From Ascoidea asiatica JCM 7603 (lineage: Eukaryota > Fungi > Ascomycota), in NCBI GenBank assembly GCA_001600695.1, contig BCKQ01000024.1, positions 125,813 to 157,758 on the forward strand: a stretch of 31,946 nucleotides of DNA, in the 5' to 3' direction. The position numbers were made by a program, and so were the translations under genes. The notes under the pieces were generated by a model. It was not told the DNA's origin and did not search any database. It saw nothing but the letters and a program-made list of their open reading frames with translations. The stretch's first letter is position 1; each line of letters opens with the position of its first letter. This document shows, piece by piece, positions 9,557-20,974 of this stretch.

Positions 9557-10540
9557 ATGGTTTCAACTCTTGAACAATTAAAAGCAGTAACAGTTGTTGT
9601 TGCAGATACTGGTGATTTTGAATCAATTGCAAAATATACTCCACAAGATGCAACTACAAATCCATCATTAATTTTAGCAGCTGCTAAAAAAACAGAATAT
9701 TCTAAATTAATTGATAAATCAATTATTTTTGCAAAAGAAAATTCATTAAAAAATTCAACATTAGATGAAAAAGCTTCAATTGCTTTAGATAGATTATTAG
9801 TTGAATTTGGTGTTGAAATTTTAAAAATTGTACCAGGTAGAGTTTCAACAGAAGTTGATGCAAGATTATCTTTTAATAAAAATGAAACTATAAAAAAAGC
9901 TTTATATATTATTGAATTATATAAATCTTTAGGTATTGAAAAAGAAAGAATTTTAATTAAAATTGCTTCAACTTGGGAAGGTATTCAAGCTGCAAAAGAA
10001 TTAGAATCAAAATATGGTATTCATTGTAATTTAACTTTATTATTTTCATTTTCACAAGCTATTGCATGTGCAGAAGCTAAAGTTACTTTAATTTCACCAT
10101 TTGTTGGTAGAATTATGGATTGGTATAAATCAAAAACTGGTAAAATTTATACAAATTCAAATGAAGATCCTGGTGTTTTAAGTGTTAAAAGAATTTATAA
10201 TTATTATAAAAAATTTAATTATAATACTATAGTAATGGGAGCATCATTTAGAAATTTAGGTGAAATTAAATCATTATCAGGAGTTGATTATTTAACAATT
10301 TCACCAAATTTATTAGAACAATTATTAAATTCAAATGATAATTTACCAATTAATTTAACAAAAGAAATTGCAAAAAATTCAAAAGATGAAAAAATTTCTT
10401 TTATTAATGATGAAGCTTCTTTTAGATTTTCTTTTAATGAAGATGCAATGGCAACTGAAAAATTATCTGAAGGTATTAGAAAATTTGCTGTAGATACTGT
10501 AACTTTATTAGATTTACTTAAATCTAAAATTGAAGCATAA
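9557..10540 (+). CDS. TAL1: Transaldolase, 327 aa
   Basis: Signatures DATTNPSLIL, GRVSTEVDARLS, RILIKIASTWEGI (Schiff-base Lys) and TIVMGASFRN. Confidence 0.98.
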   Translation: MVSTLEQLKAVTVVVADTGDFESIAKYTPQDATTNPSLILAAAKKTEYSKLIDKSIIFAKENSLKNSTLDEKASIALDRLLVEFGVEILKIVPGRVSTEVDARLSFNKNETIKKALYIIELYKSLGIEKERILIKIASTWEGIQAAKELESKYGIHCNLTLLFSFSQAIACAEAKVTLISPFVGRIMDWYKSKTGKIYTNSNEDPGVLSVKRIYNYYKKFNYNTIVMGASFRNLGEIKSLSGVDYLTISPNLLEQLLNSNDNLPINLTKEIAKNSKDEKISFINDEASFRFSFNEDAMATEKLSEGIRKFAVDTVTLLDLLKSKIEA

Positions 10541-11287
10541 GAATTTAGATTACTAGATTACTAGATTACTAGATAGTTTATTTGCTAAATAGATCTCATA
10601 TATAATAAATAAACAAATACTCATTAAACGTATATTATATATTATGTAAACAGAGTATTCCATATCCTCATTCCAATATCCTCAGTCACAAAGCATGTCT
10701 CATCGCAGACAGAAAAACAAAAATTATTCCATTAAATATCCAAGACATGAAAGGCAAAAAACAAAGTGAAATGTGAAAAACAGAGCAAATATTCCCCAAA
10801 AACGCAACTGGATACATATCACCCACTGCACACACTTTCACAGTGTATTTATCAACATCAAGCCCCCTGTTTATAAGACACTTTCTACTTATATATTATT
10901 CTCACTTCTCATACAAAGTATTAATGACAGTAACACATGTACACTATGTTATATATGGGATAAGTCAATGAAGTGAATAAATGAAAACGGCATTTTTAAG
11001 AGCTGATGCCCAAAATAAGTAGTGCAATGCTAAGTTTATTTCACTTTGATCGGTTATATTCTGGATTGAATTCAAGCTAAAACTTAATAAAGGGTTTCAT
11101 CAAATTATCTTTTTTTTTTTTTTTTTTTGCTTTCTTTCACTTGAAACCATTGTACATTATTCCTATTTAACCTTGCAAAACTATCAAGATGATTTAATGA
11201 TTTAGTGATTATTTGTTATGCATTAGTGTAGTTTATATTCTATTATCATGGAACTACTCTTTTAATATTGAGAAAAAAGAAGAAAAA

Positions 11288-11659
11288 ATGATATTAATAG
11301 ATGGAGAAAAATATTCTTGTGTTCAATGTATAAGAGGTCATAGATCTTCAACTTGTCAACATACTAAAAGACCTTTAGTTCAAGTTCGTTCAAGAGGTAG
11401 ACCTTCTGTGATTAATTCAAATCATAGAGTAGCTGTTTTTAATACAAAAAAAGAAATACCTAATGATTCTAAATTATTCTCTGATTCCAAAGATAATTTA
11501 AATGAATTTACCCCCAAAATAAATGAAAATAATAATAATAATAATAATAATGATAATAATAATGATAATGATAATGAAAGGGAAAATGATATAAATAATG
11601 AAAAAGTTTGTTCATGTTGTAATCAAAATGAAATTCATTCAAATATTAATAGCAATAAC

Positions 11660-11698
<39 letters not shown>

Positions 11699-13132
11699 GA
11701 AAATTGTTCAAATAAAAATAATTCAGTTATTTTATTAAAAGCTTCAAAAAGACAATTAGTTGATGTTTCTAATGGTTCTTTTAAAATTATTGGTCCATGT
11801 AATATGAATTCTACAAATCAAAATTCTATGATGTCTACATTTACTTTAAATCCAATTAAAAAACATATTTTATCTTCTTCTTCATCTTCATTATCTTCAT
11901 TATCATCATCAATTTCAATTACTTCAAATATTTCAAATATTTCAAATATTTCAAATATTTCAAATAATAATTTAAATTCAAATAAAATTAATAATATTGG
12001 AAATAATATGATAAAAAAATCAAGTAAATCTTGTGGTTGTAATAAAATCAAAATAAAAAATAAAGATTCATTTTCAAAATTATCTAAATCAATAAAATTA
12101 AAAAGATCTCCAAAAACTCTGGAATTAATTTCTTCAAATAATATTAATTTTAATAAAAAAAATGATATAAATTTAATTTCAAATTCATTTAAGAATATAA
12201 ATAATAATATTAATAATAATATTAATAATAATATTAATAATAATAAAAAATTAGAAAATATTTCAAAAAATTCAAGTTGTTGTTCACAAATTCCTTTATT
12301 CTCAAATAATCAATCATCTTTAAATAATTCTAATAGTAATAATAACAATAACAATAACAATAGCAATAATAATATATTAATAAATCAACTCACGGATAAT
12401 TTAAAATATTTTCAATCAACTTCAAATAATCAATTATTAGAAACTTCTAATAATATTCCAAATCAAAATTATGATCCAATAATGTATGATATGTTTTATG
12501 CTCAAGGTTGTACTTTTCCAGGAACTTGTGCTTGTGATGATTCATGTGCTTGTCCTGGTTGTGTAATTCATAATGGTTTAAATTCTTCAAATAGAAACTT
12601 AAATGGAAATTCAAATGGAAACATAAATGAAAATTTAAATGATACAAATAGTTTTATGAATTTGAATAAATCAAGTAATAAAATCAATAGTATTAATAAT
12701 AATATTAATAATAATGTAAATAATAATGTAAATAATAACAATTATAATAATAATAAGAATAATATAAATTTTGATTTGGATAATTTTAATATAAATTTTA
12801 ATAATCCATTTGAAAATATAGAAGATTTTAATACAATTTTAAATATAAATAATTCAACAAATTTAGAATCAAATATTATTAGTTCATGTTCATGTGATGA
12901 TTCTTGTACTTGTCCAGATTGTATTCTTCATGGTAATTCTAATTCTAATTCTAATTCTAATTTTAATACTAATTCTAGTAATAATAATGATAATCTTTTT
13001 AATAATAATAATGAAATAACAAATTTTGATTTTAATGATACAGAACCAATTTCAGGTATAGCTTTTTTACAAAAATATTATGATCAATTACCAGATGATT
13101 TATCAAATGGAAATATACCGCCTTTTGGATAA
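11288..13132 (+). CDS. MAC1: Copper-fist transcription factor, Mac1-like copper sensor. True start is probably ATG 11288 (the track's 11213 start is a TTG)
   Basis: N-terminal MILIDGEKYSCVQCIRGHRSSTCQHTKRPLVQVRSRGRP copper-fist/AT-hook. Two C-terminal Cys-rich repeats, CACDDSCACPGCVIH and CSCDDSCTCPDCILH, are typical of Mac1/Cuf1/GRISEA rather than Ace1. Confidence 0.85.
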
Positions 13133-13159
13133 TAATTAATATTTATATAATGAATGTAA

Positions 13160-13206
<47 letters not shown>

Positions 13207-13314
13207 ATTTAAATACAAAAGTCCAATGAGGTAAATTATCTTTAACTGTATAATATAAAATATTTTTAAAATAAAGGATAAGTAATATTATAAACAATTT
13301 TATTTTATTTTATT

Positions 13315-13962
13315 TTAAACTTTTTTAAAAATTCTTTTAATAAATTTAGTAAAACCAATTTTATTTGAATATTTAACAATTTTTGGAGTTATCCAAGCTG
13401 TTAAAGGTATTCTAAAAACAATTAAAGATTTATGAATACCATATGCAATACCAAATTTAGCAATAATTGCACTCCAATCACCAGGATTGATTACTGTTTT
13501 TTTTTCATTTTCATTTTCATTTTCATTTTCATTTGGAATAGATTTTATTATTTCAGTTTTTCCTTTACCAAAATAATCAATTCCAAAACTATCAACAAGT
13601 AAATAACATAAAGGTAAATCAATTGCAGAAATTCCTAAATATATAGCTAAAGCAGCATATCCATATTTTTTGAATAATCTTTTTAATCTTGCTTTAAAAC
13701 TATTATCATTATCATTTTCATTATTTGAATTTGAATTTGAATTTGAATTTGAATTTGAATTTGAATTTAATTTTTTTTCATAAATACTTATTGGAGGTAA
13801 ATTTTTAGTACTATTAAATCTTAATGAAATAAAATCGGGATAAATTAATTTTTGAAATTTTAAATTATTTGCAACATTTCCAAAATATAAAGGATTTATT
13901 CTTTTCAATTGAGAATTTATTGGATTTGATAAAGTTATTCCTAATCGATATATGTTTTTCAT
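13315..13962 (-). CDS. NAT2: Mitochondrial DUF1279/FAM210-family membrane protein (yeast Nat2-like), 215 aa
   Basis: Presequence-like N-terminus ending LRFNST; LKRLFKKYGYAALAIYLGISAIDLPLCYLLV and IAYGIHKSLIVFRIPLTAWITP are DUF1279 blocks. Confidence 0.8.
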   Translation of the reverse strand: MKNIYRLGITLSNPINSQLKRINPLYFGNVANNLKFQKLIYPDFISLRFNSTKNLPPISIYEKKLNSNSNSNSNSNSNSNNENDNDNSFKARLKRLFKKYGYAALAIYLGISAIDLPLCYLLVDSFGIDYFGKGKTEIIKSIPNENENENENEKKTVINPGDWSAIIAKFGIAYGIHKSLIVFRIPLTAWITPKIVKYSNKIGFTKFIKRIFKKV

Positions 13963-14259
13963 TTTTTAATATTATTATTGATATTTCTTTTCAATTTCAA
14001 TTGATATTTTTATAATTTTCATTGTTTTAATTGATGTATTCAATATTTCTATAATATTTCTATAATATTTCTATAATATTTCAAAAACTGAAAAAGCCTC
14101 AGAGACTTAAAGAAAGTCATCCGGAAGACATTTTACCGGTTTTGATTTTTGGAACCGGGTTCGGATGTAACGGAAACACTAAAACACTACGGATATTTGA
14201 AACGCGTGCAATTACGTAATTCATCGAACAATTAACAGTGGATTAAATAGAGTGTGTAT

Positions 14260-14267
14260 TATTTACA
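14260..14267 (-). promoter_or_regulatory. Puf3-type element (UGUAAAUA) in the MRPL17 3' UTR
   Basis: TGTAAATA on the minus strand about 65 nt after the stop codon. Mitoribosomal mRNAs are the classic Puf3 targets in budding yeasts. Confidence 0.55.
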
Positions 14268-14331
14268 GAGAGAATAAGAGAAAGATAGATATAAAAAAGT
14301 GGAATAATAAATGTATCAGGTTATTTATAAA

Positions 14332-15354
14332 TCAGTTGTAGGTTAATAAATGTTTGATTTTGTTGAAGTATTTGATATCTACTTTATCTTTAATTTCTTC
14401 TTTTGTTAACCAAGCATAATTTGAAATTGATTGATTATTTAAAAGGTTTGGATTGAATTTACCTGATAAAATATGAGAATGTATAATATATTCTCTTTTA
14501 AATTGATTATTATTATTATTATTATTATTATTAATTGGATATTTTAATACAGCTATTGGATTATTTGAAATAGTCCAAATATTTAATTTATTACCACCAA
14601 TTTTTTTTAAATTTTCAATAGTTTGAATATGTAAAGGAGATAAATTATTATTTAATTTAAAAGTTGGTAATTTCCAGTTATTATTATTATTATTATTATC
14701 AATAATAAGATATAAAGTTCTTGATAATTTTCTTTCTAAACTTTTTATATCATTTGATAAATCAGCATTTGTAATTCTTGAATTTGGTTTAATAGGTCTT
14801 GAAATATCATCTTCAGGTAATAATTTATTTGAATCAGCAGTATTGCTAGCAGAAGAAGAAGAAGAAGAAGAAGAAGAAGAAGAAACAGATTGATGTTTTG
14901 GAATTAATAAATTTTGTTTTTCTCTTCTTTCCCTATTATGTCTTATATCAGGTAAACCATTTGGATAATAAACTCCAGGTTGTTTTGAAATTGGACCTTT
15001 ATTTAATTTAACAAATTGTCTTTCACTTAATGAACCTTTTTTAAAATAAAAATATTGTGGAAATGTCCACATAAGTCTTCTTTCAAGTTCTTCTTGATAA
15101 TTATAATATGCTTTTTCAAAATCAGTTAATTCCGGTGTGATTATTGGAATTCTAGATAATAAAACTGATGAATATGCATCTTTCAATACTTCTTGATGAC
15201 TAGTACTAGTAGTACTACTACTACTACTAGCTGTAGCACTGGCAGTTGCAACAGCTGGACTTAACCTAAACGAAGTTGTTGAAAAAGCTCTTATGGAACC
15301 TGTGATGCTGGACACCAACAATGAACTCATTCTCATGCTGAACTGTATTGTCAT
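14332..15354 (-). CDS. MRPL17: Mitochondrial large ribosomal subunit protein mL46
   Basis: Presequence (IRAFSTT), LLSRIPIIT...FEKAYYNYQEELERRLMWTFPQYFYFKKG and PNSRITNAD...SLERKLSRTLYL. The start could be one of the next two Met codons. Confidence 0.9.
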   Translation of the reverse strand: MTIQFSMRMSSLLVSSITGSIRAFSTTSFRLSPAVATASATASSSSSTTSTSHQEVLKDAYSSVLLSRIPIITPELTDFEKAYYNYQEELERRLMWTFPQYFYFKKGSLSERQFVKLNKGPISKQPGVYYPNGLPDIRHNRERREKQNLLIPKHQSVSSSSSSSSSSSASNTADSNKLLPEDDISRPIKPNSRITNADLSNDIKSLERKLSRTLYLIIDNNNNNNNWKLPTFKLNNNLSPLHIQTIENLKKIGGNKLNIWTISNNPIAVLKYPINNNNNNNNNQFKREYIIHSHILSGKFNPNLLNNQSISNYAWLTKEEIKDKVDIKYFNKIKHLLTYN

Positions 15355-15887
15355 TTTGATAACTGACCTTGTCTCTTCTACAAACCAACTGCTCTTCGAT
15401 TCTCTTCAACTTTCCTCAGCTCTCTTCAAATTCATTTCCATCTCTCTGAAAAGTCTCAGCGCTACAAAACTTGAAAAAAACTTGAAAATGAAAATGAAAA
15501 TGAAAACGAAAATGAAAAAGAAAAGTCGAGTTCCGACTCACTTCCGGGTACGCCCGTGACGCACATGTGACCTTCCTTCTTCCACAGCCCACGGTTAGCA
15601 CACAAACCCTCGAATGATAACCAGCATTGAAAAATTGACCTTATCAATACTTTTCAAAAGTTCTTGGATATTTGCTAGATTTCCACTGAAGAAATAAACC
15701 TCAAGATTTTTCTAAGAATTCAATCAACTTTTGAATTTATTTATTGGGTGACAATTTGAAAATATATTCAATTTCATAAATAAAAATGTCTTAAATGAAA
15801 GATTTTCATAAAAAATTATAGAATTATAGAATTATAGAATTATAAGTAAGTATCAATTACATTATATTCAAGAATATAATATATAAA

Positions 15888-16673
15888 ATGTCAAGATTAT
15901 TTAATTTATATACAAAATCTTTAGATAAAAATCCTTTAATAACAAATGGAATTACAACTGGTTTCTTATTTGGTTCTGGTGATTTCTTAGCTCAAATTTT
16001 ATTTCCAAATGAAGATGTTTCAATTGATCATGAAAGAGTTGAAAATATTAATAAAAATATTAATAAAAATAGTAATATAATTAGTAATATAAATAATAAA
16101 GATGAATTAAAAAATAATTCAACAAATTTCTTTTCAATTGGTTTATCAAATTATGATTCAAATAGAACTTTAAGAGCTATATTCTATGGTGGTTGTATTT
16201 TTAGTATAATTGGTGATAAATGGTATAAAATTTTACCAAAAATTAAATTTCCAAATTCAATTTATAATAAATTTTTTAAATTTAATAAAAAAACTTCTAA
16301 TAAATTTAATAAATTTAATAAATTTAATTTAAAATCAAATTTAGATACTTTATCAAGAGTTACTTGTGATCAATTAATTTTTGCTCCATGTGGTATACCT
16401 TTATATTATTCAATTATGTCAATTTTAGAAGGTAAATCTTTTGATCAATTAATTGAAAATTTAAATAAAAATTTTAAAATTACTTTATTAACAAATTGGT
16501 TAGTTTGGCCTTTTTTTCAATTTATTAATTTTACTTTTATTCCAATTAAACATAGATTATCAACTGTAAATATTATAAGTATAATTTGGAATTGTTTTTT
16601 AAGTTATAGAAATAATAATACTTCTTCAATTAAACATAATAAACCTATATATTCTCCTCCATTACCTGAATAA
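15888..16673 (+). CDS. SYM1: Mpv17/PMP22-family mitochondrial inner membrane protein, 261 aa
   Basis: PLITNGITTGFLFGSGDFLAQ, RTLRAIFYGG, DQLIFAP, NWLVWPFFQFINF and WNCFLS. Confidence 0.92.
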   Translation: MSRLFNLYTKSLDKNPLITNGITTGFLFGSGDFLAQILFPNEDVSIDHERVENINKNINKNSNIISNINNKDELKNNSTNFFSIGLSNYDSNRTLRAIFYGGCIFSIIGDKWYKILPKIKFPNSIYNKFFKFNKKTSNKFNKFNKFNLKSNLDTLSRVTCDQLIFAPCGIPLYYSIMSILEGKSFDQLIENLNKNFKITLLTNWLVWPFFQFINFTFIPIKHRLSTVNIISIIWNCFLSYRNNNTSSIKHNKPIYSPPLPE

Positions 16674-16788
16674 ATAAATAAATTAAAATGGATTTAATTT
16701 TGGAGAATTAAATAAAAAATATATATATTATATATTCTATATTATATATTCTATATTATATAGTCTATATTATATATTGTAAATAATA

Positions 16789-18159
16789 TTATATAAGACC
16801 AATATTTTTTAAATTTTTTTGTATAATAATATCTGTAACTGCATTTAAAACAAATTTCATTTGTTGTGTATCTGTTGCACATGTACTTCTAAAATAAATT
16901 TGTCTTGAAGTTTGATTTAATGATAATAATGTATTTTCAAAAAAATTTAATCCATCATTTAAATTACCTTCTTTACCTGTATAACCTGGTAAATAATCAA
17001 CAATTGATGATACTTGAAGTTTTTTCTCAAATACATCTGTTTTATTCATAAATACAATAACTGGTGTATTTAAAAACCATTTACTATTAACAATACTTTT
17101 AAATAATAAAAATGATTCAATAACTCTATTAACTTTACCATCTTCAAATAATTTTTCATCAAATTCACTAACTGCAATTACAAATATAACTGCAGTAATA
17201 TCTTTAAAACAACTTAACCATTTTTTTCTTTCTGATCTTTGTCCACCAACATCAATAACTGTAAAATCATTGCCTTTAATATCAAATCTTGTTTCTGTTA
17301 CACCTGTAGTTTTTATTCTTGCCATTAAAATATCTTGATCTGTACAAACATAATCATCATCTGCAAAATTTAAAATATTATCATAATAATATAAAATATT
17401 TGTATCAATTTGATATTCATTTCTTCTTTTATAAATTTCTTTTAAACCTGGATCATTTTCCCAAAGTAATTTTAAAGCATTTGCAATTTCTAATTTTGTT
17501 GCTTCTGGTAAATTATTTTTATTTTTTATACCAATATCTTTTCTAAATGAACTAATTTCTGTATTTGTTAAATTATCTTCATTTAATGCCATATTAATTT
17601 CATTTAAATCTAAATCATCTATAAGATTATTATTATTATTATTTGTTATATTATCAGAATATTCTTCACCATCCCAAATTGTATCTGGATTTCCAGTACT
17701 TTGTTGATTTCTTTTTAATTTTGAAGTTTCACTATATTTTTCTAAATATTGTGTTAAAAATGAAGAATTATATAAAGAATCTTTTAAACCATATTTTTTA
17801 ACAGCTTTAAAAATAATTTTTTTATATTTTTGTAAATCTGAATTTCTTTTATCACATTCTAATGGTATATTTTTTGCTCTTGCATGTAATAATAATAATT
17901 GAAAAGATGCAAGAGATTCTCTCCATATAACATCTTTATATAAATTTCTATCTTCATTTGTAAAACCAACATTATTTAAAATTTTCATTTGTTTTAATAC
18001 AGTTGATTTACCACTTTCACCAGCACCTAATAATAATAATCTTATTGGATTTTTATTTGATTTTTTTTCTAATAATAAAGCTTTATCAATATCTTCATCA
18101 AGTTTTTTTAATTGATAATAAGGATCATCTTCATCAAGAGTACTTGCACCACAACCCAT
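16789..18159 (-). CDS. GPA1: Heterotrimeric G protein alpha subunit, pheromone-pathway Gpa1 type, 456 aa
   Basis: MGCGAS myristoylation/palmitoylation N-terminus, GAGESGKS, RIKTTG, DVGGQRSERKKW, NKTD and TCAT motifs, the yeast Gpa1-type insert in the helical domain, and C-terminal KNIGLI. Confidence 0.92.
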   Translation of the reverse strand: MGCGASTLDEDDPYYQLKKLDEDIDKALLLEKKSNKNPIRLLLLGAGESGKSTVLKQMKILNNVGFTNEDRNLYKDVIWRESLASFQLLLLHARAKNIPLECDKRNSDLQKYKKIIFKAVKKYGLKDSLYNSSFLTQYLEKYSETSKLKRNQQSTGNPDTIWDGEEYSDNITNNNNNNLIDDLDLNEINMALNEDNLTNTEISSFRKDIGIKNKNNLPEATKLEIANALKLLWENDPGLKEIYKRRNEYQIDTNILYYYDNILNFADDDYVCTDQDILMARIKTTGVTETRFDIKGNDFTVIDVGGQRSERKKWLSCFKDITAVIFVIAVSEFDEKLFEDGKVNRVIESFLLFKSIVNSKWFLNTPVIVFMNKTDVFEKKLQVSSIVDYLPGYTGKEGNLNDGLNFFENTLLSLNQTSRQIYFRSTCATDTQQMKFVLNAVTDIIIQKNLKNIGLI

Positions 18160-18879
18160 TATTAATTATACTATATGTAAATTTTATTAATATATTATTT
18201 ATTTAAAAAGTTTATAGTATAGTATTAGTAAGAGTAATAAAGATAATTTTAGAAGAATTATTTAAATATAAATAAAAAAGGTGATTATTAATATAGATAT
18301 AAATATAGTATATGTGTGTATATGAACTTCGTTTAAGAAATGAAATTGAAATTAAAATGGAAAACTGAAATTGAAATTGAGAATAATATTCTTAAAACAA
18401 AAAGATAAAAAAAGAGGAATTTAAATATTATTGAATAAAATGATAGTTTTAAGATATATTATTTACTAAAATGGAAGATTTAATACATTATTCTAACTAA
18501 AAAAAAAAAAAGATTATCAAGTAAGAAGAAATAAATAAGATGGTGAACGTTATACAATTTATAATTATTTATTTTAGTTTTTTTTCTGATTTTAATATGA
18601 CAGACAATGTAATAACAGTTTATTAGATAGTGTGATAATAAGATTAAGAACTGAAAGAGTTTGAATTGTGCAGAAACAAAGGAACCTCCCCCCTAGAAAT
18701 AACTACAAAATCAAAAGTTACTATCAAAAATAATAAGAACAATCACAAAGTAAAGACCTGTGAATAATGGTATATTATTGAAAAAGATTCTAATTTGGGG
18801 CAACTTTTGAGTATATTTTCATGAAGCCTGCGATGATAAAAATGATAAAAATGATAAAAATGATAAAAGTGATAGAAAT

Positions 18880-19285
18880 AATAAAAATGTGCCGCTTCGG
18901 GAAACAACAGGATCGCATCAGATTAGGTAATATCAAAAGAATATTAGGTAATCAAAACTGCTCACGTGAACATACAACTCCCTGTATATGGGTCTTTTAT
19001 TTTTCTGGTTGCTTGTCCCTGATATGGCTACATTCTGCCCCTTCTTGCTTTTCTGCGTCCCAGCGCACCTCACGTGCCGGGACAGCGGCGTGTAACAACT
19101 GGACGACGCCACATCAAGGCCCGCTCTCAGCTTTAGCCTGCGACGGTAGCAGCAGAAGCAGAGTGGCAGAGTGGCAGAGTGGCAGAGTGGCAGAGTAGCA
19201 GAAGAGTAGCAGCTCCCAGGCTATCAAGGTACAGGACTCCAGTAGTGGTACTACTTACTTACTGGCTATCTGGCTATCAAGTGTC
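18880..19285. promoter_or_regulatory. GC-rich island in the GPA1/CDC42 divergent promoter
   Basis: Two CTCACGTG E-boxes (~18961, ~19069), (GAGTGGCA)4 and three GGCTATC. Confidence 0.55.
19161..19200. repeat. 8-bp tandem repeat (GAGTGGCA)4 plus GAGTAGCA
   Basis: Read directly from the sequence. Confidence 0.95.
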
Positions 19286-20004
19286 TATCTATTACTATTA
19301 CTATTACTATTACTACCATACTACCATTGAATAGTTAATGAGTAGTAACTGTTACTCTTCTACGTATTGATATTTAAAAGATTTAGTTATGCTATTGTTT
19401 TGTTGATATTTTACTTATTTTACTTATTTTACTTATTTTACTTATTTTACTCTATATTTATTCTATTCTATATTATATTTTATACACTTTTTTTCTTATT
19501 TTCAAAACTTTTGTAAATATATCTCCATAATCTACATCAAGTTTTTTTCATATATCCCAATATAATCTAATATACTTTGTTATATTCTATATTAGTCTAT
19601 TATATAGAATATCTTTTCAAATAATTCAAATCAATTTTAACCATTTTTAACCAAATTTAGTCAAATTTAATCAATCTAATTATTTTAGTCAATTTAATTC
19701 AACGATTCTTTAATAATTGTATCTATATACTTTAGTACTTTATTATAATCTTAATAATCTCATATATTCATTGGTTATTTATATTCATTACAAAATATTA
19801 TCTGTAAAATATAATCTATAATATAATCTATAACATATTCTATATCATTATCTATAAATCTAAAACATATTATATATATCCTATTTTAGAATTCATATAA
19901 TTTATAAATCAAATTATTTAAAAACAAAATTTACTTAAATAATTTTTAACTTATCTAATTATATATATATATTAATTAATTATAATATATTATTATTTTA
20001 AAAA

Positions 20005-20580
20005 ATGCCTACAATTAAATGTGTTGTTGTTGGTGATGGTGCCGTTGGTAAAACTTGTTTATTAATTTCTTATACAACAAATAAATTCCCTGCAAATTAT
20101 GTTCCAACTGTTTTTGATAATTATGCTGTAACTGTAATGATTGGTGATGAACCTTATACTATAGGTTTATTTGATACTGCTGGTCAAGAAGATTATGATA
20201 GATTAAGACCTTTATCATATCCTTCAACTGATGTTTTTGTTGTTTGTTTTTCTGTTATATCTCCTCCTTCTTTTGAAAATGTTAAAGAAAAATGGTTTCC
20301 TGAAGTTCATCATCATTGTCCTGGTGTACCTTGTCTTATTGTTGGTACTCAAATTGATTTAAGAGAAGATTCAATGATTATAGAAAGATTACAAAGGCAA
20401 AGATTAAGTGTTATTTCTTATGAACTGGGTACAAAATTAGCAAAAGAATTAAATGCTGTAAAATATGTTGAATGTTCTGCTTTAACTCAAAAAGGTTTAA
20501 AAAATGTATTTGATGAAGCAATTGTTGCTGCTTTAGAACCTCCAGTAATTAAAAAATCAAAAAAATGTACTATTTTATAA
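20005..20580 (+). CDS. CDC42: Rho-family GTPase Cdc42, 191 aa
   Basis: [34 protein letters not shown], the Cdc42-specific TQID motif and [13 protein letters not shown]. Confidence 0.98.
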   Translation: MPTIKCVVVGDGAVGKTCLLISYTTNKFPANYVPTVFDNYAVTVMIGDEPYTIGLFDTAGQEDYDRLRPLSYPSTDVFVVCFSVISPPSFENVKEKWFPEVHHHCPGVPCLIVGTQIDLREDSMIIERLQRQRLSVISYELGTKLAKELNAVKYVECSALTQKGLKNVFDEAIVAALEPPVIKKSKKCTIL

Positions 20581-20941
20581 TCAATCTTAAATATTTATTT
20601 ATCACATCTATTTACTCAATTTATTCAATCAACTTTATCTACTTTATCTAATTTATCTAATTTATCTAATTTATCTAATTTATCTACTTTACACACCTAA
20701 TCTATTTTATTTACTTTATTATTTATTTATCTAGTTACTTATTTATCTATTTATTTATCTATTGATTTAATTATTTATTTGACCAATTTTTGATCCGATC
20801 TATTTCTCTCTTTATTTATCATTAAAGCAGTTTTTCATTCCATCTTTTTCAATTAAATCTCTCTTTAATTTTTGACTCTTTATTTTCAACTGATAATAAA
20901 ATATATGTTAAATTAAAGATATTTGAATCTGTCTTCAATCC

Positions 20942-20974
<33 letters not shown>

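Noticed and set aside
11213-11287. 25-aa N-terminal extension of MAC1 in the ORF track
   Set aside because: It starts at TTG, and copper-fist domains begin at the extreme N-terminus (MILIDG).
15293-15647. Short ORFs over the MRPL17 start and promoter
   Set aside because: Antisense overlap with MRPL17 and translation of the (GAAAAT)n repeat.
16778-16785. TGTAAATA (Puf3-like) downstream of SYM1
   Set aside because: Plausible for a mitochondrial protein, but it lies 105 nt past the stop, next to the GPA1 stop, in near-pure AT sequence where a chance match is likely.
18821-19198. 125-aa ORF between GPA1 and CDC42
   Set aside because: Built from tandem repeats (MIKMIK, RVAEWQSG) with no homology cues; likely non-coding.
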